This document shows, piece by piece, positions 23,794-36,470 of a stretch of DNA of 64,000 bases; position 1 is the stretch's first letter; each line of letters opens with the position of its first letter. Origin of the DNA: Octopus bimaculoides (taxonomy: Eukaryota); assembly GCF_001194135.2 (NCBI RefSeq), contig NC_068996.1:52802234-52866233 (forward strand), written 5' to 3'. Below the pieces are notes generated by a model, which was not told the DNA's origin, did no database searches, and was given only the letters and a program-made list of their open reading frames with translations. Position numbers and translations under genes: made by a program.

Positions 23794-24619
23794 ACAAGCA
23801 CAGACACATTAAAGGATATATTCACGAAAGTATGAAAATGCTTTTGCTTTAAATTACACAATCCTAAGTGGATTGGAATGCTTTAATGCTAAATTGTTTT
23901 TAATAAATGTGATTGAAGACGGATGATACATTCACCAATGTTCAATTAAAATTTGTATCATATTTGGCTATGCTAGGCTGACAAACTTGATAACTCCTTC
24001 AACATAAATGTTTGGCTTAACTAAATGAGCCTAATTAGAGAGCTTGCTATTAATGGAACAAAATTAGGACACAAACATTTATTCTCAATTAAAATACTGC
24101 TAATGTTAGTCAAACTATGCTTTAGAACTTTGAGCATGTTATTTCCACAATTATTGTACATTAACGATGTGTACATGTTTCGAAATTTATATAACTGTCT
24201 ATATTATGTAATGCTTACATATAAGTATGAAAGCATTTTTCTATGTTCACAGACATAAGACAATTGTCATACAACTAACAGTAAGCTGACCCTATTTGCA
24301 TTTCTCTTAAGTAGGCATTCATATAATGCACACACCCACACACCCACACATCAGATGTGCGCGCACACACACACACACACATACTCACTCACCAATGCAC
24401 AAACATAACAAAGTAAGGCTGAATTGACTTACATTTATCTCATACCTACTTCTAAATAGATAATTTGTTATCTAAATAAGACCTATATTTCTCATCTGCT
24501 TTTGCTCTCTCTCTCTCTACTTAGTGATCTACCCACACAATGAACAACCCAAATGCTTTCTGTCTGTCTGACAGACTCTATGCATTTATGCATACATGGT
24601 TATGTGTATGCAAGCACAC

Positions 24620-24685
24620 ACACACACACACACAAACGCACATACATCACACACATACATACATCACACACACACACATATACAT

Positions 24686-24716
<31 letters not shown>

Positions 24717-24755
24717 ATACATCACACACACACACACACACATCACACTCACATA
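24620..24755. repeat. (CA)n/CACATACAT compound microsatellite
   Basis: Visible repeat units cacacatacatcacac. Confidence 0.9.
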
Positions 24756-24789
24756 CAGATGTATATGTACCTATATATGTATATATCTA

Positions 24790-25683
24790 CTACATATGTG
24801 GGAAATTCTGTCTGTGGGTGTGTTTGTTTGTGGAGTTGTTAGTCAACTCCTGCTACATCAGATTTTCCATCACCTTGTCCAGCAGTTGTCGGATGAATTC
24901 TGGTGTATGGATGCAGTCAGAATGCCTTCTGTGTCCATTCCTGTTGGTCACCGCTTCACAGTCTCCTCTGCAATTGTCCATGTCAGCATTTACAGAGTTC
25001 AAAGTGCATTGAGCAGCAGTCATGATGTCAGCATTTTGATACCCAGNNNNNNNNNNAGAGCGAATCCTCATGCTACAGGTGTAAATAGTGAATAGTTGTC
25101 ATAGAGACATTAGTCTCTCTCTATCACCTTTCAACATAATTATATATGAAGAGACATTGGAACAATTCAACAACATAATAAAAAAGTTTTATTTTTGATG
25201 ATGCTTGGTTGCATAAATCCTGTGTCACTCAGCGTAGCAGCCGCTGATTGAGTTGTAATCGGAATTGGAAGGTTAAGAGCTTCCTTGATGCCTGCCAGAG
25301 GAGCAAATAGCTATCATATCAATAGCATCGTGGTGAAAAGTGCTTCGTGGAGGAGAGAGGTGTTGTCACATCGAAGGTCTCAAGCTCAACTCGCCTAACA
25401 AAGTGAAACTCACTGTTTAAGTACGAGTTTTACTACGCATGCGCAACTCGAGGGGCTTCCGGTGGAGAAGTCCTCTGCACATGCGCAGAATAGTACTTCC
25501 TCAATGGCGGCTATAATTTCGTGCCACTACACAGGTAACTCTGTTCCAGTATTCGGATGGCTTCCAGTCTTTCCGGTCAGCCAACTGCTTCTCAACTTTA
25601 ATCATTATGCTCCACTTCAATACATCAAGCTGTTCATGGAAAAAGGAAACAATAAAACCATCAGATTTAGCCCAAACACCCTG
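24790..25683 (-). mobile_element. Tc1/mariner superfamily (maT-like) 5' fragment interrupted by a solo LTR
   Basis: Begins TA-CAGGGTGTTTGGGCTAAATCTGATGG on the minus strand. Encodes PSEYWNRVTC / MRIRSGYQNADIMTAAQCTLN, matching the uninterrupted copy at 32013-32560. Confidence 0.75.
25080..25531 (-). mobile_element. Solo LTR (452 bp)
   Basis: Termini TGTA...TACA with a 4-bp target-site duplication CAGG (25076-79 and 25532-35). Removing it restores catg.tacaggtaactctgttcc as in the copy at ~32170. AATAAA on the minus strand at ~25190; orientation tentative. Confidence 0.8.
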
Positions 25684-26544
25684 TATATACGCGTGTGTGT
25701 GTGTGTGCATGCGTCTGTATGTGTGCATGTACATACACACACGTGTGTTTGTGCATATGTGTATGCGTATTTGTGTCCTTGTTTGTGTGTGCACAAGTGT
25801 ATGTGTGCATATTCATTAGCATTAAGATGTCTGCTTTTGTCTTTTTGAATTTTTTTCTTCCATATTGGGCTGGAAATGTCTACACCATGTCTGCAAGTCC
25901 CGATTTGTCTCAATTCTCTGCCATTAGATCTAATCCTATTGAGTAGGGTTACTATTGAGCGACCTTCAGCGCTTCTGTACTTTCCACTATCAATACACCC
26001 CAGTTCTTCACCAGATTACTGTTAATCTATTAAATTGTTAATCTATTAGACTGTTATTCTCTCATACATTGACTTGCATCTGCATGTTCTCTTATTATCT
26101 CTTTGCACAAGTCTCCCACAACCCGCCCTCACACACACATCCGCATTTAATGTTTTTTTGTGGGGGGGGGGGGCAACACTTCCTTTTACATGATCTAAGA
26201 AGGAAGCCTGCATGTGACTGTCTGACTCGCTAGATACGGCAGCTGAATCTCCCTGAAATCACAACCACCATCTTTGAAAATGACTTGTCGGATAGTGTGG
26301 TTCAGGTTCCTTAGATTAAACCACAAAAACTAAATATTCACACACACACACATGCATGTATGCATATACACACACAGAAATAAAACCAATCCAATGAACC
26401 ATTCAGCTGGAAAGTCAAAAGCTTGTGTTTATTATTCCAAACATTGATTTATTCGAAGAAACAGTAACCCATTTTGTTGTTATTTAACAGATTTCAAAAT
26501 TGCCCAAGATTCACTCATTGAATAATTTATCTTTCATATGTTAT

Positions 26545-26920
26545 CTTTTGCTTTTTTCAGTCATTAGACTGTGGCCATGCTGGGGCACCACCTTGAAAAT
26601 TTTAGAGTCAAATAAACTGATCCAAGTACTTATTTCTACTATAAGCCTGGTTCTTATTCTATCATTCTCTTTTGCCAAACCACTAAGTTAGGGAGACATA
26701 AACATACCAACATCAGTTGTCAAGCAGAGACAAGGACCAAACACAAACACAAACACACACACATATATTTGTAATAGGCTTCTTTCAGTTTCCATCTACC
26801 AAATCCACTCACAAGTCTTTGGTTGTCCCAAGGCTATAGTAGAAGACACTTGCTGAAGGTGCTATGCAGTGGGACTGAACCCACTATCATGTGGCCCAGA
26901 AGCAAACTTCTAACCACACA
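26545..26920 (-). mobile_element. Two adjacent SINEs
   Basis: The left part is the reverse complement of the family at 31780-31980; the right part is the reverse complement of the tRNA-SINE at 31262-31425. Confidence 0.7.
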
Positions 26921-27256
26921 GCCATTCTGCAAGTTAATTTTTTTTTTTTTTTTTTGTGAGAAAAATATGAATATTACAGAGTTTTGAAAAATTACCATTT
27001 TATTAGTTATATGACTTTGAATAAACGTGAAATATGATTTTACTGAAATTATAATTACAGCTGGTTCTATTGGACTTATCTATAACATACAATGTTCCAA
27101 TCAAGAATTAAGTGATGGGAGAATACATATACAGGAATCCCTAAAGACATCATGGTTACAGGTTCAGGGTCGCTGTGTGTGTCAAGTGTCTTCTCCTGTA
27201 GCCTCCGGCTGACCAAAGTATTGTGAGTGGATTTGGTAGGCAGAACTGGTGATGTT

Positions 27257-27680
27257 CCTAAAAAGGGACAGACAGAATAATCCTACAAAGGGACAGATAG
27301 AATAAGCCTAGAAGTGGACAGATAGAATAATTCTAAAAAGGGACATATAGAATAAGCCTAGAAAGGGACACAGAATAAGCTTAGAAAGAGGAAAGAATAA
27401 GCCTAAAAAGGGACAGAAAGAATAAGCCTAGAAAGAGACAGAGAATAAGCTTAGAAAGGGACAAAGAATAAGCCTAGAAAGGGACAGATAGATTAAGCCT
27501 TGAAAGGGACAGATAGAATAAGCCTAGAAAGGGACAGATACAATAATCCTAAAGAGGAATAGATAGAATAAGCCTAGAAAGGGCCATTAGAATAAGTCTA
27601 GAAAGGGACAGATTGAATAAGCATAAAAAGGGACAGATAGAATAATGCTAGAAAGGGACAGATAGACTAGCTTTAAAAAA
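27257..27680. repeat. Minisatellite, ~17 units of ~22-26 bp (consensus AGAATAAGCCTAGAAAGGGACAGAT)
   Basis: Directly visible tandem array. Confidence 0.9.
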
Positions 27681-28464
27681 AGTACTATAGTTGTATTATT
27701 TGATTAAAAACTTCTTCAAGGTGGTGCTCCNNNNNNNNNNCTTCTGTAGTATGTCACAGTCTAATGGCTGAAACAAGTAGAAGATAAAAGAAATAGATGT
27801 GATATTTGAAGAGAAATTTAGTGGAGCATCAGACAAGCTCTTATGGTTTACTTATTAGTAAAACTCAGCATTTCCACCAGCTGTGCTTTCAATATTGATT
27901 CCAGATAAAAAGTGCAAGGCAACGATTTTGAGATAAATTTAAATGTGTCACCAGTTGAAATATGTCTGAGAGATATTTTTATGTACTATAGCATAGAAAT
28001 AAGAAAGTAGTTTTGTACCTTAGCTTCAAATAATATAAACAGATTAGAGGAAATTGAGATGGTCGTAACCTAGTTTTTGACAGAAAAACACATTAACAGA
28101 CACGAACAGATTTTAGCCCTTGGCCTATCAGTCAAAGGTCAAAGCTAACTCCACCACAATAATCACTACAACATATCAAATATATGATAACTGCAGCAAG
28201 TATTAAAGTATTAGCAGTTTCTGGTTTGACCAGCTGCCACAGGCTGTTGTCAGCACAAACGCACATTGATACAAATAGAAAAACTATAGATTTTTGTCCG
28301 TCAAGAAGATCATTTTAAGCATTTTTCTTAATATTTCATCAGGATCAATAGTGACCCAGTCTAAGTCTCTCATAAGTAATAAATGAAGTTTTTCTTGATC
28401 TCAGTTCTCTCAACCACTTCAATAGCTTTATTTCACCTTCTATCATGGACTCCCAAATGACTGT

Positions 28465-28740
28465 CATCATCACCATCATTCAATGTCTGTTTTTCCACGC
28501 TGGCATGGGTTGGACGATTTGACATGAGCTGTTCAGGCTCCATGCCTGTTTCGGTATGGTTTCTATGGCTGGATGCCCTTCCTAATGCCAACCACTTTAC
28601 AGAGTGTACTGGGTGGTTTTATGCAGCACTGGCAAGGGTACTTTTTATGTGGCACCAGCACCCACGAGCCCACAAGATTAGGATCACTCAGCTGAAGTGG
28701 GATGCAGGGGACAAGCCTGTTTGCAAGGGCAACCATGATT
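28465..28740 (-). mobile_element. RTE 3'-tail copy
   Basis: catcatcaccatcattcaatgtctg...ggcatgggttggacgatttgac...ggatgcccttcctaatgccaaccac. Confidence 0.75.
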
Positions 28741-28949
28741 TTACTTAGCTTCATGTGTCTTCTCAAGCACAGTAAACTGCCACATGTTTCAGTCCCTTAT
28801 CAACCCCTCTGTGAGTCCCAAAATCTGTAGCTCCTTTCTCACCACTTCATCTGTCACTTATTCTTGGGTCTACCCCTTATATATGTTCCCTCTACAATTA
28901 GAGATCAACACTTCTTCATTCAACTGTCTTCATTCATACAGTATATCAA

Positions 28950-30060
28950 AAAATATGGTTTGCTCTTTTCAATAGTAACTGAAACTGATGCTTCAAACAG
29001 AAGTGCAATAAAGAATTTCCCAATACTTCAGAGATGCTTTCATTTTAAGAAGGAAATTCCACATGTGATATGCCACTTGATTTTTACGATAATGAATCAT
29101 AAGAGAAAACTACTTATGAAACTGGAGATATCAGTTCTGGACCTGAATAAAGTGTCTTCTGGATAGACACAACATTATTTATCAAGAAGTGAAAATAGCT
29201 CAGATTAAAGATTATTCCTACAAATTGTCAACTATATATTTTGCATAATGCAACAGAATTTGCCACAGGAAAACTGAAATTTGATGTTGAAAATACTAAG
29301 CTCAAAGTGTAGTCATTTCAACATTTGAGCTTAAAAGAACAATATAACCCTCTAGCATTTGATCAGATTACATCCAGCCCATATACCCTACCTATTTCAT
29401 GTTCAAATTGGCTGTGTCTAGCCTCTCATACCTACCCTACAATGTCATTGTAAAAATAAACAATCACATCATCAAAATCGCTAAACTACAAAATAATGCA
29501 CGACTCAGTCAAAACAATGCAAACAAATAAGAATTACATTTGACAGAATAATCCTTAACGCTGAAGAAATAAAAGGAATTTTAATGAATTCATGGCTGTT
29601 GATGGTTGCAGTTTGTGGTGATATGTTGTAACTAGAATAAGATAGCTCTCTCTTTTGCCATCTAAGTAATAGGAAGTCCTAAAATGTTATTTTCAGTCTA
29701 TATGAGAAGGAATTTCCTCTACCTCACCATTTATAAAGGGTCACTTCTTAGATGAAGGGAATATCTGTGAATTACCACAAATTTATTTCTTCTTCAGTCT
29801 CAAACTTAAATTCTTCTGACACCATTGAAGAAGTAAAAGCCAAGTCATTCAGTATAGCTTCAATATTTAGCCTAATGGCTCAACTGAGAAGCAAATTTGA
29901 GAGAAGAATAAAGGAGTGACATTTTGCTGTTGCAGCAAATACCAAGCTTAGCCAGTTTACTCCTAGTGTATCAAAGAAATGAGAAGCAGATTTCATTGTT
30001 GTCTTTGAAGGAGCTATAAAGTACATAAATAACATGTATGATTTGCTACAAAAACTTTTC
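28950..30060 (+). mobile_element. Decayed hAT-superfamily transposase, split by a TTAA MITE at ~29345-29570
   Basis: Pieces in order: FSIVTETDASNRSAIKNFPILQRCF (first catalytic D region); LDFYDNES; NCQLYILHNATEFATGKLKFDVE (CxxH-like); YVVTRIR*LSLLP (cf. TRWLSL); EADFIVVFEGAIKYI. Confidence 0.65.
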
Positions 30061-30270
30061 ATAACTAATTATTAAAACTTTGCCAAACAGGTGCCAATTC
30101 TTTTAGAAAATTCTGTAATGCAGCGAACACCTGCAGCCCTTAAAATATTGAAAAGGATGAATTTTAGGAAGTGTATTGCATTGTAGAGGCAATTATCAAT
30201 ACTCCTGAGATGATAGATAGTCATAGTAAAGGACATTATCTCTTTGTGTGTGTGTGTGTATGTATGTATG

Positions 30271-30302
<32 letters not shown>

Positions 30303-30320
30303 TATATATACACATATATA

Positions 30321-31000
30321 CAGGGTGTGATGGGTAAATTGTTGCCATTTTATATTTTTAATTTCACACATGCACATTGTTTGTGTTTGATTTTGTCAAC
30401 TACACAGTAGGGTCAGTTGGGCACTGTCTATAAGAAAAACAGCACCATGATGCAATTCACTCAGCAGAAATTTGGAAACGACATGCTGTATTGCTTAGCA
30501 TTCACACTGGAAGCTCCTATATGAACATTTCAGACTATTTGGGTATCAGTCTGAGGACATATACCCAGAGTGATAAAAATCAAACATCCAGTCAACATCA
30601 TGGTGTTTGGAGTGATCACTAGTGATGGCGACATTATGCCTCCATTTCTCTTCCCATACGGTGTCACACTCAACAGAGAAGCTTACATCAAATGCCTGGA
30701 GGAGGTAGTACTGCCCTGGTTCAAGAGGGTGGCTGCTGGAAGATGTTATGTTTGGCAACAGGGCTCTGCACCATGGCACACAAGCAGGAGGACCCAGTCG
30801 TGGCTGTCAGAAAATTTCTGCAACCACACCACTCCTAACATTTGGCCACTTAACTCCTCAAACTGGGACACCCTTGATTATTATGTTCAGTGAGGGACCA
30901 ACAAAACTCCTTGTAGCACCAAAGACAAACTGAAGGCAAGGATTATGGCAGCATTCACCAACTTAAAAAAGGAGACCATCCAGAAGAGTTATTGGGATAT
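30321..31000 (+). mobile_element. maT-like (DD37D) transposon remnant, internally deleted
   Basis: Starts TA-CAGGGTGT. ORF 30570-30893: KHPVNIMVFGVITSDG...WQQGSAPWHTSRRTQSWLSENF...PNIWPLNSSNWDTLDYY, with 37 residues between the (mutated) second D position and the last D. Confidence 0.8.
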
Positions 31001-31200
31001 ATATAGAGCTATGAAAGTATGGATGTCATGTTGGGCCCCCACTGGTTCAGCCCATCATTTTACAGTTATTTGTTTAGATTATGTCACTCTAATTGGAGTC
31101 TATATTATCATAATAATATATAATTGTAGTTATTATTGTATAAAGACCTATGTAGTTGCTCTTCTCGTAATTTATCAGCCTTCAGGCTTGTTTGCAAATT

Positions 31201-31255
<55 letters not shown>

Positions 31256-31261
31256 GCACAG

Positions 31262-31425
31262 GAGTCAGGAGTGGCTGTGTGGTAAGTAACCTGCTTACCA
31301 GCCACATGGTTCCAGGTTCAGTCCCACTCGTATGGCACCTTGGACAAGTGTCTTCTACTATAACCTCAGGCCAATCAAAGCCTTGTGAGTGGATTTGGTA
31401 GACAGAAACTGAAAGAAGCCCGGTG
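31262..31425 (+). mobile_element. tRNA-derived SINE
   Basis: ggagtggctgtgtggtaag (A box)...ggttcagtcccac (B box)...gtgagtggatttggtagacagaaactgaaagaagccc, followed by a microsatellite. Confidence 0.75.
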
Positions 31426-31460
<35 letters not shown>

Positions 31461-31469
31461 GTATATATA

Positions 31470-31740
31470 TATCATCATTGATTAACATTCATTTTCCATG
31501 CTGGCATGGGTTGGATGGTTTGACTGATGTCTGGAGAGCCAGCGGCTGCACCAGACTCCAATCTGATCTGGCAATGTTTCTACAGCTGGTTGCCCTTCCT
31601 AACGTTAACCACTCCGAGAGTGTAGTGGGTGCTTTTTACATGTCACAGGCACAGGGGCCAGTAAGATAAGCCTGGCAACGATGACGTTTAGGTGGCGCTT
31701 TTTATGTGCCACCAACACAAGAGCCAATCACAGGGCATTG
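31470..31740 (-). mobile_element. RTE 3'-tail copy
   Basis: Same family as 755-1030. Confidence 0.75.
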
Positions 31741-31779
31741 ACGTTGGTTGGTGCTTTATGCGTGTGTGTATGTTTGTGT

Positions 31780-31980
31780 GTCTGTGTTTGCCCCCCCAAC
31801 CATCGCTTGGCAACCGATGTTGGTGTGTTTATGTCCCCGTAACTTAGCAATTTGGCAAAAGAGACTGATAGTATAAGTACTAGGCTTACAAAGAATAAGT
31901 CTTGGGTCGACTTGTTTGACTAAAGGTGGTGCTCCATACTGGCCACAATCAAGTGACTGAAACAAGTAAAAGAATAAAAG
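31780..31980 (+). mobile_element. SINE body
   Basis: cccccaaccatcgcttggcaaccg...aaaagagactgatagtataagtactagg...aaggtggtgctcc...gactgaaacaagtaaaagaataaaag. Confidence 0.7.
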
Positions 31981-32012
31981 TATATACATATATGTATGTA
32001 TGTTTATGTATA

Positions 32013-32560
32013 TGGGTGGTGTTCAGGCTAAATTTGATGATTTTTTTTTATATTCCTTTTTATGAAGAACAGCTTGATAAAACAGTCAACAGCATTGGAC
32101 AGCATAAAGATTAAAGTTGTAGTTGAGAAAAAGTTAGCTGACATGGGAAATGAGAAGCCAAGTAAATATTGGAACAGAGTTACCTGTATCATGAGGATTC
32201 GCTCTGGGTATCAAAATGCTGACATCATGACTGCTGCTCAATGCACTTTGAACGCTGCAAAGGCTGTGAAATGTGACATGGATCAGCTACAACAAAAACT
32301 ATAAAGATGTGGCCAACAGGAATGGACACAGCAAGAGTTCTGACTGCATGTGCAGACCAGAATTTATACAACAGCTGCAGGACAAGGTAATGGGAGACCT
32401 GAGCAAGGGAATCCAAGCTTTGGTGAGAGAGAAGATTGTAGGAGTTGCCTCCATGATGCTGGCCCTGAATGTTATCTATTTGTGAAATCTATGGTTCTTT
32501 TTACAAACCTGAAGAAGACGAGTGCTTATGTCTTTTCTGTTCTATACAGCAATGGTCACA
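32013..32560 (+). mobile_element. maT-like transposon 5' fragment
   Basis: Homologous to 24790-25683 (PSKYWNRVTCIMRIRSGYQNADIMTAAQCTLN). Confidence 0.7.
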
Positions 32561-32864
32561 CTTAGTGAATTTTTTTCAGTGGGGAACTCAGTTGGGGAAT
32601 CAAATGAAGCTGTCTGCAAGTGAACTCATTCAAAGCAGAAGAGTGCCCAGCCATGGGCAGAAATAAAGGGCAGAAATATACATAAATAAAAAGTGATAGC
32701 ATGAAATTTCAACTCAGACTCAATGACCAGAGTTAAAAGAAAATATTCAGAATAATGAATAACTGAGTGGGAGAAATCACTGATTAATGATTGAATGGCT
32801 TGGTTTTTGCTGGATTAAAATAAGCATAAAATAGCATGTTAGAATTTTCATATAATATATAAAT

Positions 32865-33111
32865 AATAATAAATGTGCCCTTTTAAAGCCTAGCCAAGCT
32901 CATGGGCCCGGTTTCCCGGTTTCAATGGCATATGTGTTCCCCAGCTGCCAGTCCATCGCAGCGTTACTCATTTTTGCCAGCTGAGTGAACTGCAGCAATG
33001 TGATATGAAGTGTTTTGCTCAAGAACACAATGCGTCGCTTGGTCCAGGAATCGAAACTACAATCTTACGATCATGATCCTGACACCCTAACCACTAAGCC
33101 ACGTGCCTCCA
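32865..33111 (-). mobile_element. tRNA-derived SINE with CORE-like central domain
   Basis: Head gtggaggcacgtggcttagtggttagggtgtc...gtttcgattcctggacc, followed by gtgttcttgagcaaaacacttca. Confidence 0.7.
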
Positions 33112-33724
33112 CATTTTCATATAATATAGAATAAAGCAAAAGTGATTATTTATTGTTTTTCTATGTTTAAATTGTATAAAATAAAAAATTAAAATGTGAT
33201 ATAAATGAGTGTGTGTGTGTGTGTGTGTGCATTTGGTAACCTATGATTATATATGCAATATCCTCCATTTCAGGACTACCATGTGTGCCACAACCTTATT
33301 TTCTGTAATCTGAAAATGACCACACTAATTTGAAGATAAAACAGAAACAAGGTATAGAATTTAGGAGACCTGTTTGGTGAGGCTGTCAATCAATGGTAAT
33401 TTTGATGCTTTGTTGGGTGGACCTTCAAGAAAGTTGGTACATGTTATAAGACTTGTCAATGTTAACTTTTAACCTGTAATCTTCAAATATTGTGACCCAA
33501 GAGTCTCTTATATGTCAGTGAGTTCAATCATGATTAATTACATAATTGTTATCTGCATGTCTGAAATGGTGCTTGTCAGTGTTTTAAACTTCAACACAAA
33601 ATATATGAGGGCAAGTCAGAAAACAATGCAGTTTTTATCATAAGAGTCATTTTTTTAAATGAAATTATTTGATTAGAAAATTATTATTTCTAATTCTCAC
33701 AACATGAGATATTCAACAACAGTA

Positions 33725-34046
33725 CTTTGGAGTAAAGATTGTTTGCCAACATAACATGGCAGTCCTGGTTTAGGATGAATGTTGCTGTAATTTAGCCCCA
33801 GGAGACATTGTCTCTAGCTGGCTATATGACACGATCTGTCGCTATATTTTTGAACAAGGGAATCTAGCACCCCCACTCAGCTCAAAACAATATGTCGCGA
33901 ATTCTGGGTTATTTCCCTTTGAAGATATGACACAGATCGTGTTGTATAGCCAGCTGGAGATGATGTCTCCTGGAGCTAAATTACACCAACGTTAGTCCTA
34001 AACCAGGACTGCCATGTTATGTTGGCAAGCAATCTTTTCTACAAAT
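33725..34046. mobile_element. MITE with ~130-bp imperfect terminal inverted repeats
   Basis: The left arm aagattgtttgccaacataacatggcagtcctggttt...gacacgatctgt mirrors the right arm acagatcgtgt...aaaccaggactgccatgttatgttggcaagcaatctt. TA-like flanks. Confidence 0.8.
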
Positions 34047-34129
34047 TATTTGATGTTTAGTACAAATGTAATGGAACATATATTCCTGGTCAATAATTAT
34101 TAATTTTTATTTTTTTACCAGATACATGA

Positions 34130-35110
34130 ATAAATGAGCCATTTTCAAAATGGCTGCCCTGCTAGAAGCCTGTCAGAAGTAAAAAGTAGTGACTGAATTC
34201 CTGAAGGAGAAATTCTTGTAAGCATTTACAAAAGACTGAAAAATGTTTACAAATATAAAACTTTAAACTAGAGCAATAAGTGGAGGTGGGCACACTGCCT
34301 TAATGACAATTCCAACAGACCAAAAAAGATTTTCATTTTAAGAAGGAAGAGCCATTTGGTTTTTACAATAATGAATCATAAGAGAAAACTACTAATGAAA
34401 CTGGAGATATCAGGTCTGGACCTGAATAAAGTGTCTTCTGGATAGGCACATTATCAAAAACTGAAAATGACTCAAATAAAACATTAATCTTGCAAATTGT
34501 CGACATGCTTTGTAGTGACTGATCGTCAACTGTCAAACTTGTCAACAAGGAAAAAGCAGATGCTTTAATTAAAGCCGGTAAATGCATAACCATTGATGAG
34601 CTGGCATCAGAACTTGGAGTTAGCCATGATAGTTCTCAAGACATTATTGAGTCACTTGGATATTGAAAAGTGTGGTCAATGAGAGGGTAATTGTTGCACT
34701 GTGCTCCTTGAACTTAGCAAAAGACAGAACCTTCTTCAAAGGCTCATAACAAGTGGTGAAACTTGGATTCATCATTGTAAACCTGAATCAAAAAGACAAT
34801 CAATGGAATTGTATCATCCAGTGTCTCTAAAGACAAGAAAGTTCAAAGCAGAAAGTCAACTGGAAAAATCATGGTGGCTATCTCTTGGGATGCTCAAGGT
34901 GTTATTCTTATCGAGAAGAGAAACAGATAACTTTAAAAGCAGACATTGAGATCCTTAAAAGACTTAGAGCAAGAATTTACTGTGCAAGATATGGAGACAG
35001 ATAAAATGCTTCAACACGGCAAACCTCAGAACAAGGGAGGCAATCACTTCTTTTGGGTGGACATCTCTGTCACATCCTCCTTACTCGACTTATCACTCTC
35101 AGATTCCCAT
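34130..35110 (+). mobile_element. Decayed mariner transposase containing an embedded hAT fragment (~34330-34500)
   Basis: ITIDELASELGVSH; LITSGETWIHHCKPESKRQSME (cf. VTGDETW); HPPYS-DL remnant near 35070. Confidence 0.75.
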
Positions 35111-35289
35111 TGAACCAGAGATGCGAATCTGAGAGTGTTAACTTGAGAGGGGAGGGCGTGCAGGAAAGATCAAGGAATGGACCCTAAATTTTTCACTTGG
35201 TTCAATATTAACTCTCATCTACATAATACATACCTCTGTACATAGAAGCTTTTTCAGACCACCCTAGTTATTCACCTACTCCTAGCTTT

Positions 35290-36130
35290 CTTAATACCTA
35301 CCAGATCATTAGAATGAGGGGCTCTGTTGCAGGCCTTCTCTTGGTCTATAATTGCTGTGTATAGAGAGATTTACTTCTAGCTAAGTATTTCTCTTGCAGT
35401 TATCTCATTAGAAAGATATCATCAATGGTACCACTTCTTCATACAAATTTATACCATTTCTAATCAATTTTGCAAAAGCTTTTTCTGTAATTTCCATGAT
35501 GTATCTTACAATTTGATACCCTTGTTATTTCCTCCCTCTAATGCATTATCTCTCCTGTTGTAACAATTTACTATAATTCTGCTAACTGGTCTCTCTGTTG
35601 GGTCTACTTGGAGTAGACTCTCTCTCTCCCATGCATCGTCTTCTCATTGTCGCACACTCATGCCTCTTTCCTGCACACGTTTTACAGTGTGACAACTAGA
35701 GATGCAAAGTATTCAGAATAAAAAGACAGAATATCAGAGAGAATTGAGGTGACATCAAGAAGTGTATACAGATTAACAGTGGTGCATTTACTGTCACTCA
35801 CACCAGCACCAGTTATTCTGTAAACTTCAGGTCTCTGATTCTCACACCCTACATGTGGAAACTTCTTTCTTGACATCTGCCTCTTTTTAAATATATGTTG
35901 TCCAGTTTTCTTTTTAGCTTTTTGACATTTGTCTTTGTAACTTCCTTTCTTCCAGTCTTCACAGACCTGTCTAAGCTCATTATATCACTTCGCACGAGGT
36001 GTTGCTCCAACCATATACTTGGTGTGTGGCCTTCAGCAGACTGTCCCATTAGATATGCTTGCATTTGACTATAAGTCTTTATTTCATATCATCAAATGCT
36101 CCAAGAAATACTTCTCTGAACATCTTTTTC
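35290..36130 (-). mobile_element. Old RTE RT fragment
   Basis: Minus strand reads GTIDDIFLMR*LQEKYLARSKSLYTAIIDQEKA, homologous to STTDAIFLVRQLQEKYLAKDKPLYLAFIDMEKA in the RTE at 13003-14319. Confidence 0.7.
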
Positions 36131-36470
36131 ATGGTTCTCTAAAATTCCTTATTTTTGTTCTCCAAATTGTCTTGAAACCTTAGCATATCTTGACCATATT
36201 TTTGTCTCACAACCACTTCAATTCTTTCTGCCATGAAGGAATAAAGTTAATATACCACATGTAAATATTCAAAACAGATTTTTACATTAACACTAAGTTT
36301 AATTCATCCATGACTTATGTCCCATGCACCACAACAAGAGAAACAGTTTTAGCTCTTATTTTGAAATCCATAATCACTATTCTATTTAGGGGAAAGGCTT
36401 AATATTTAGTTACCTGTCTATCTGATTGACTGGTGAGAATGGAAGTCTACCTAACTTTTTGGGTTCACCT

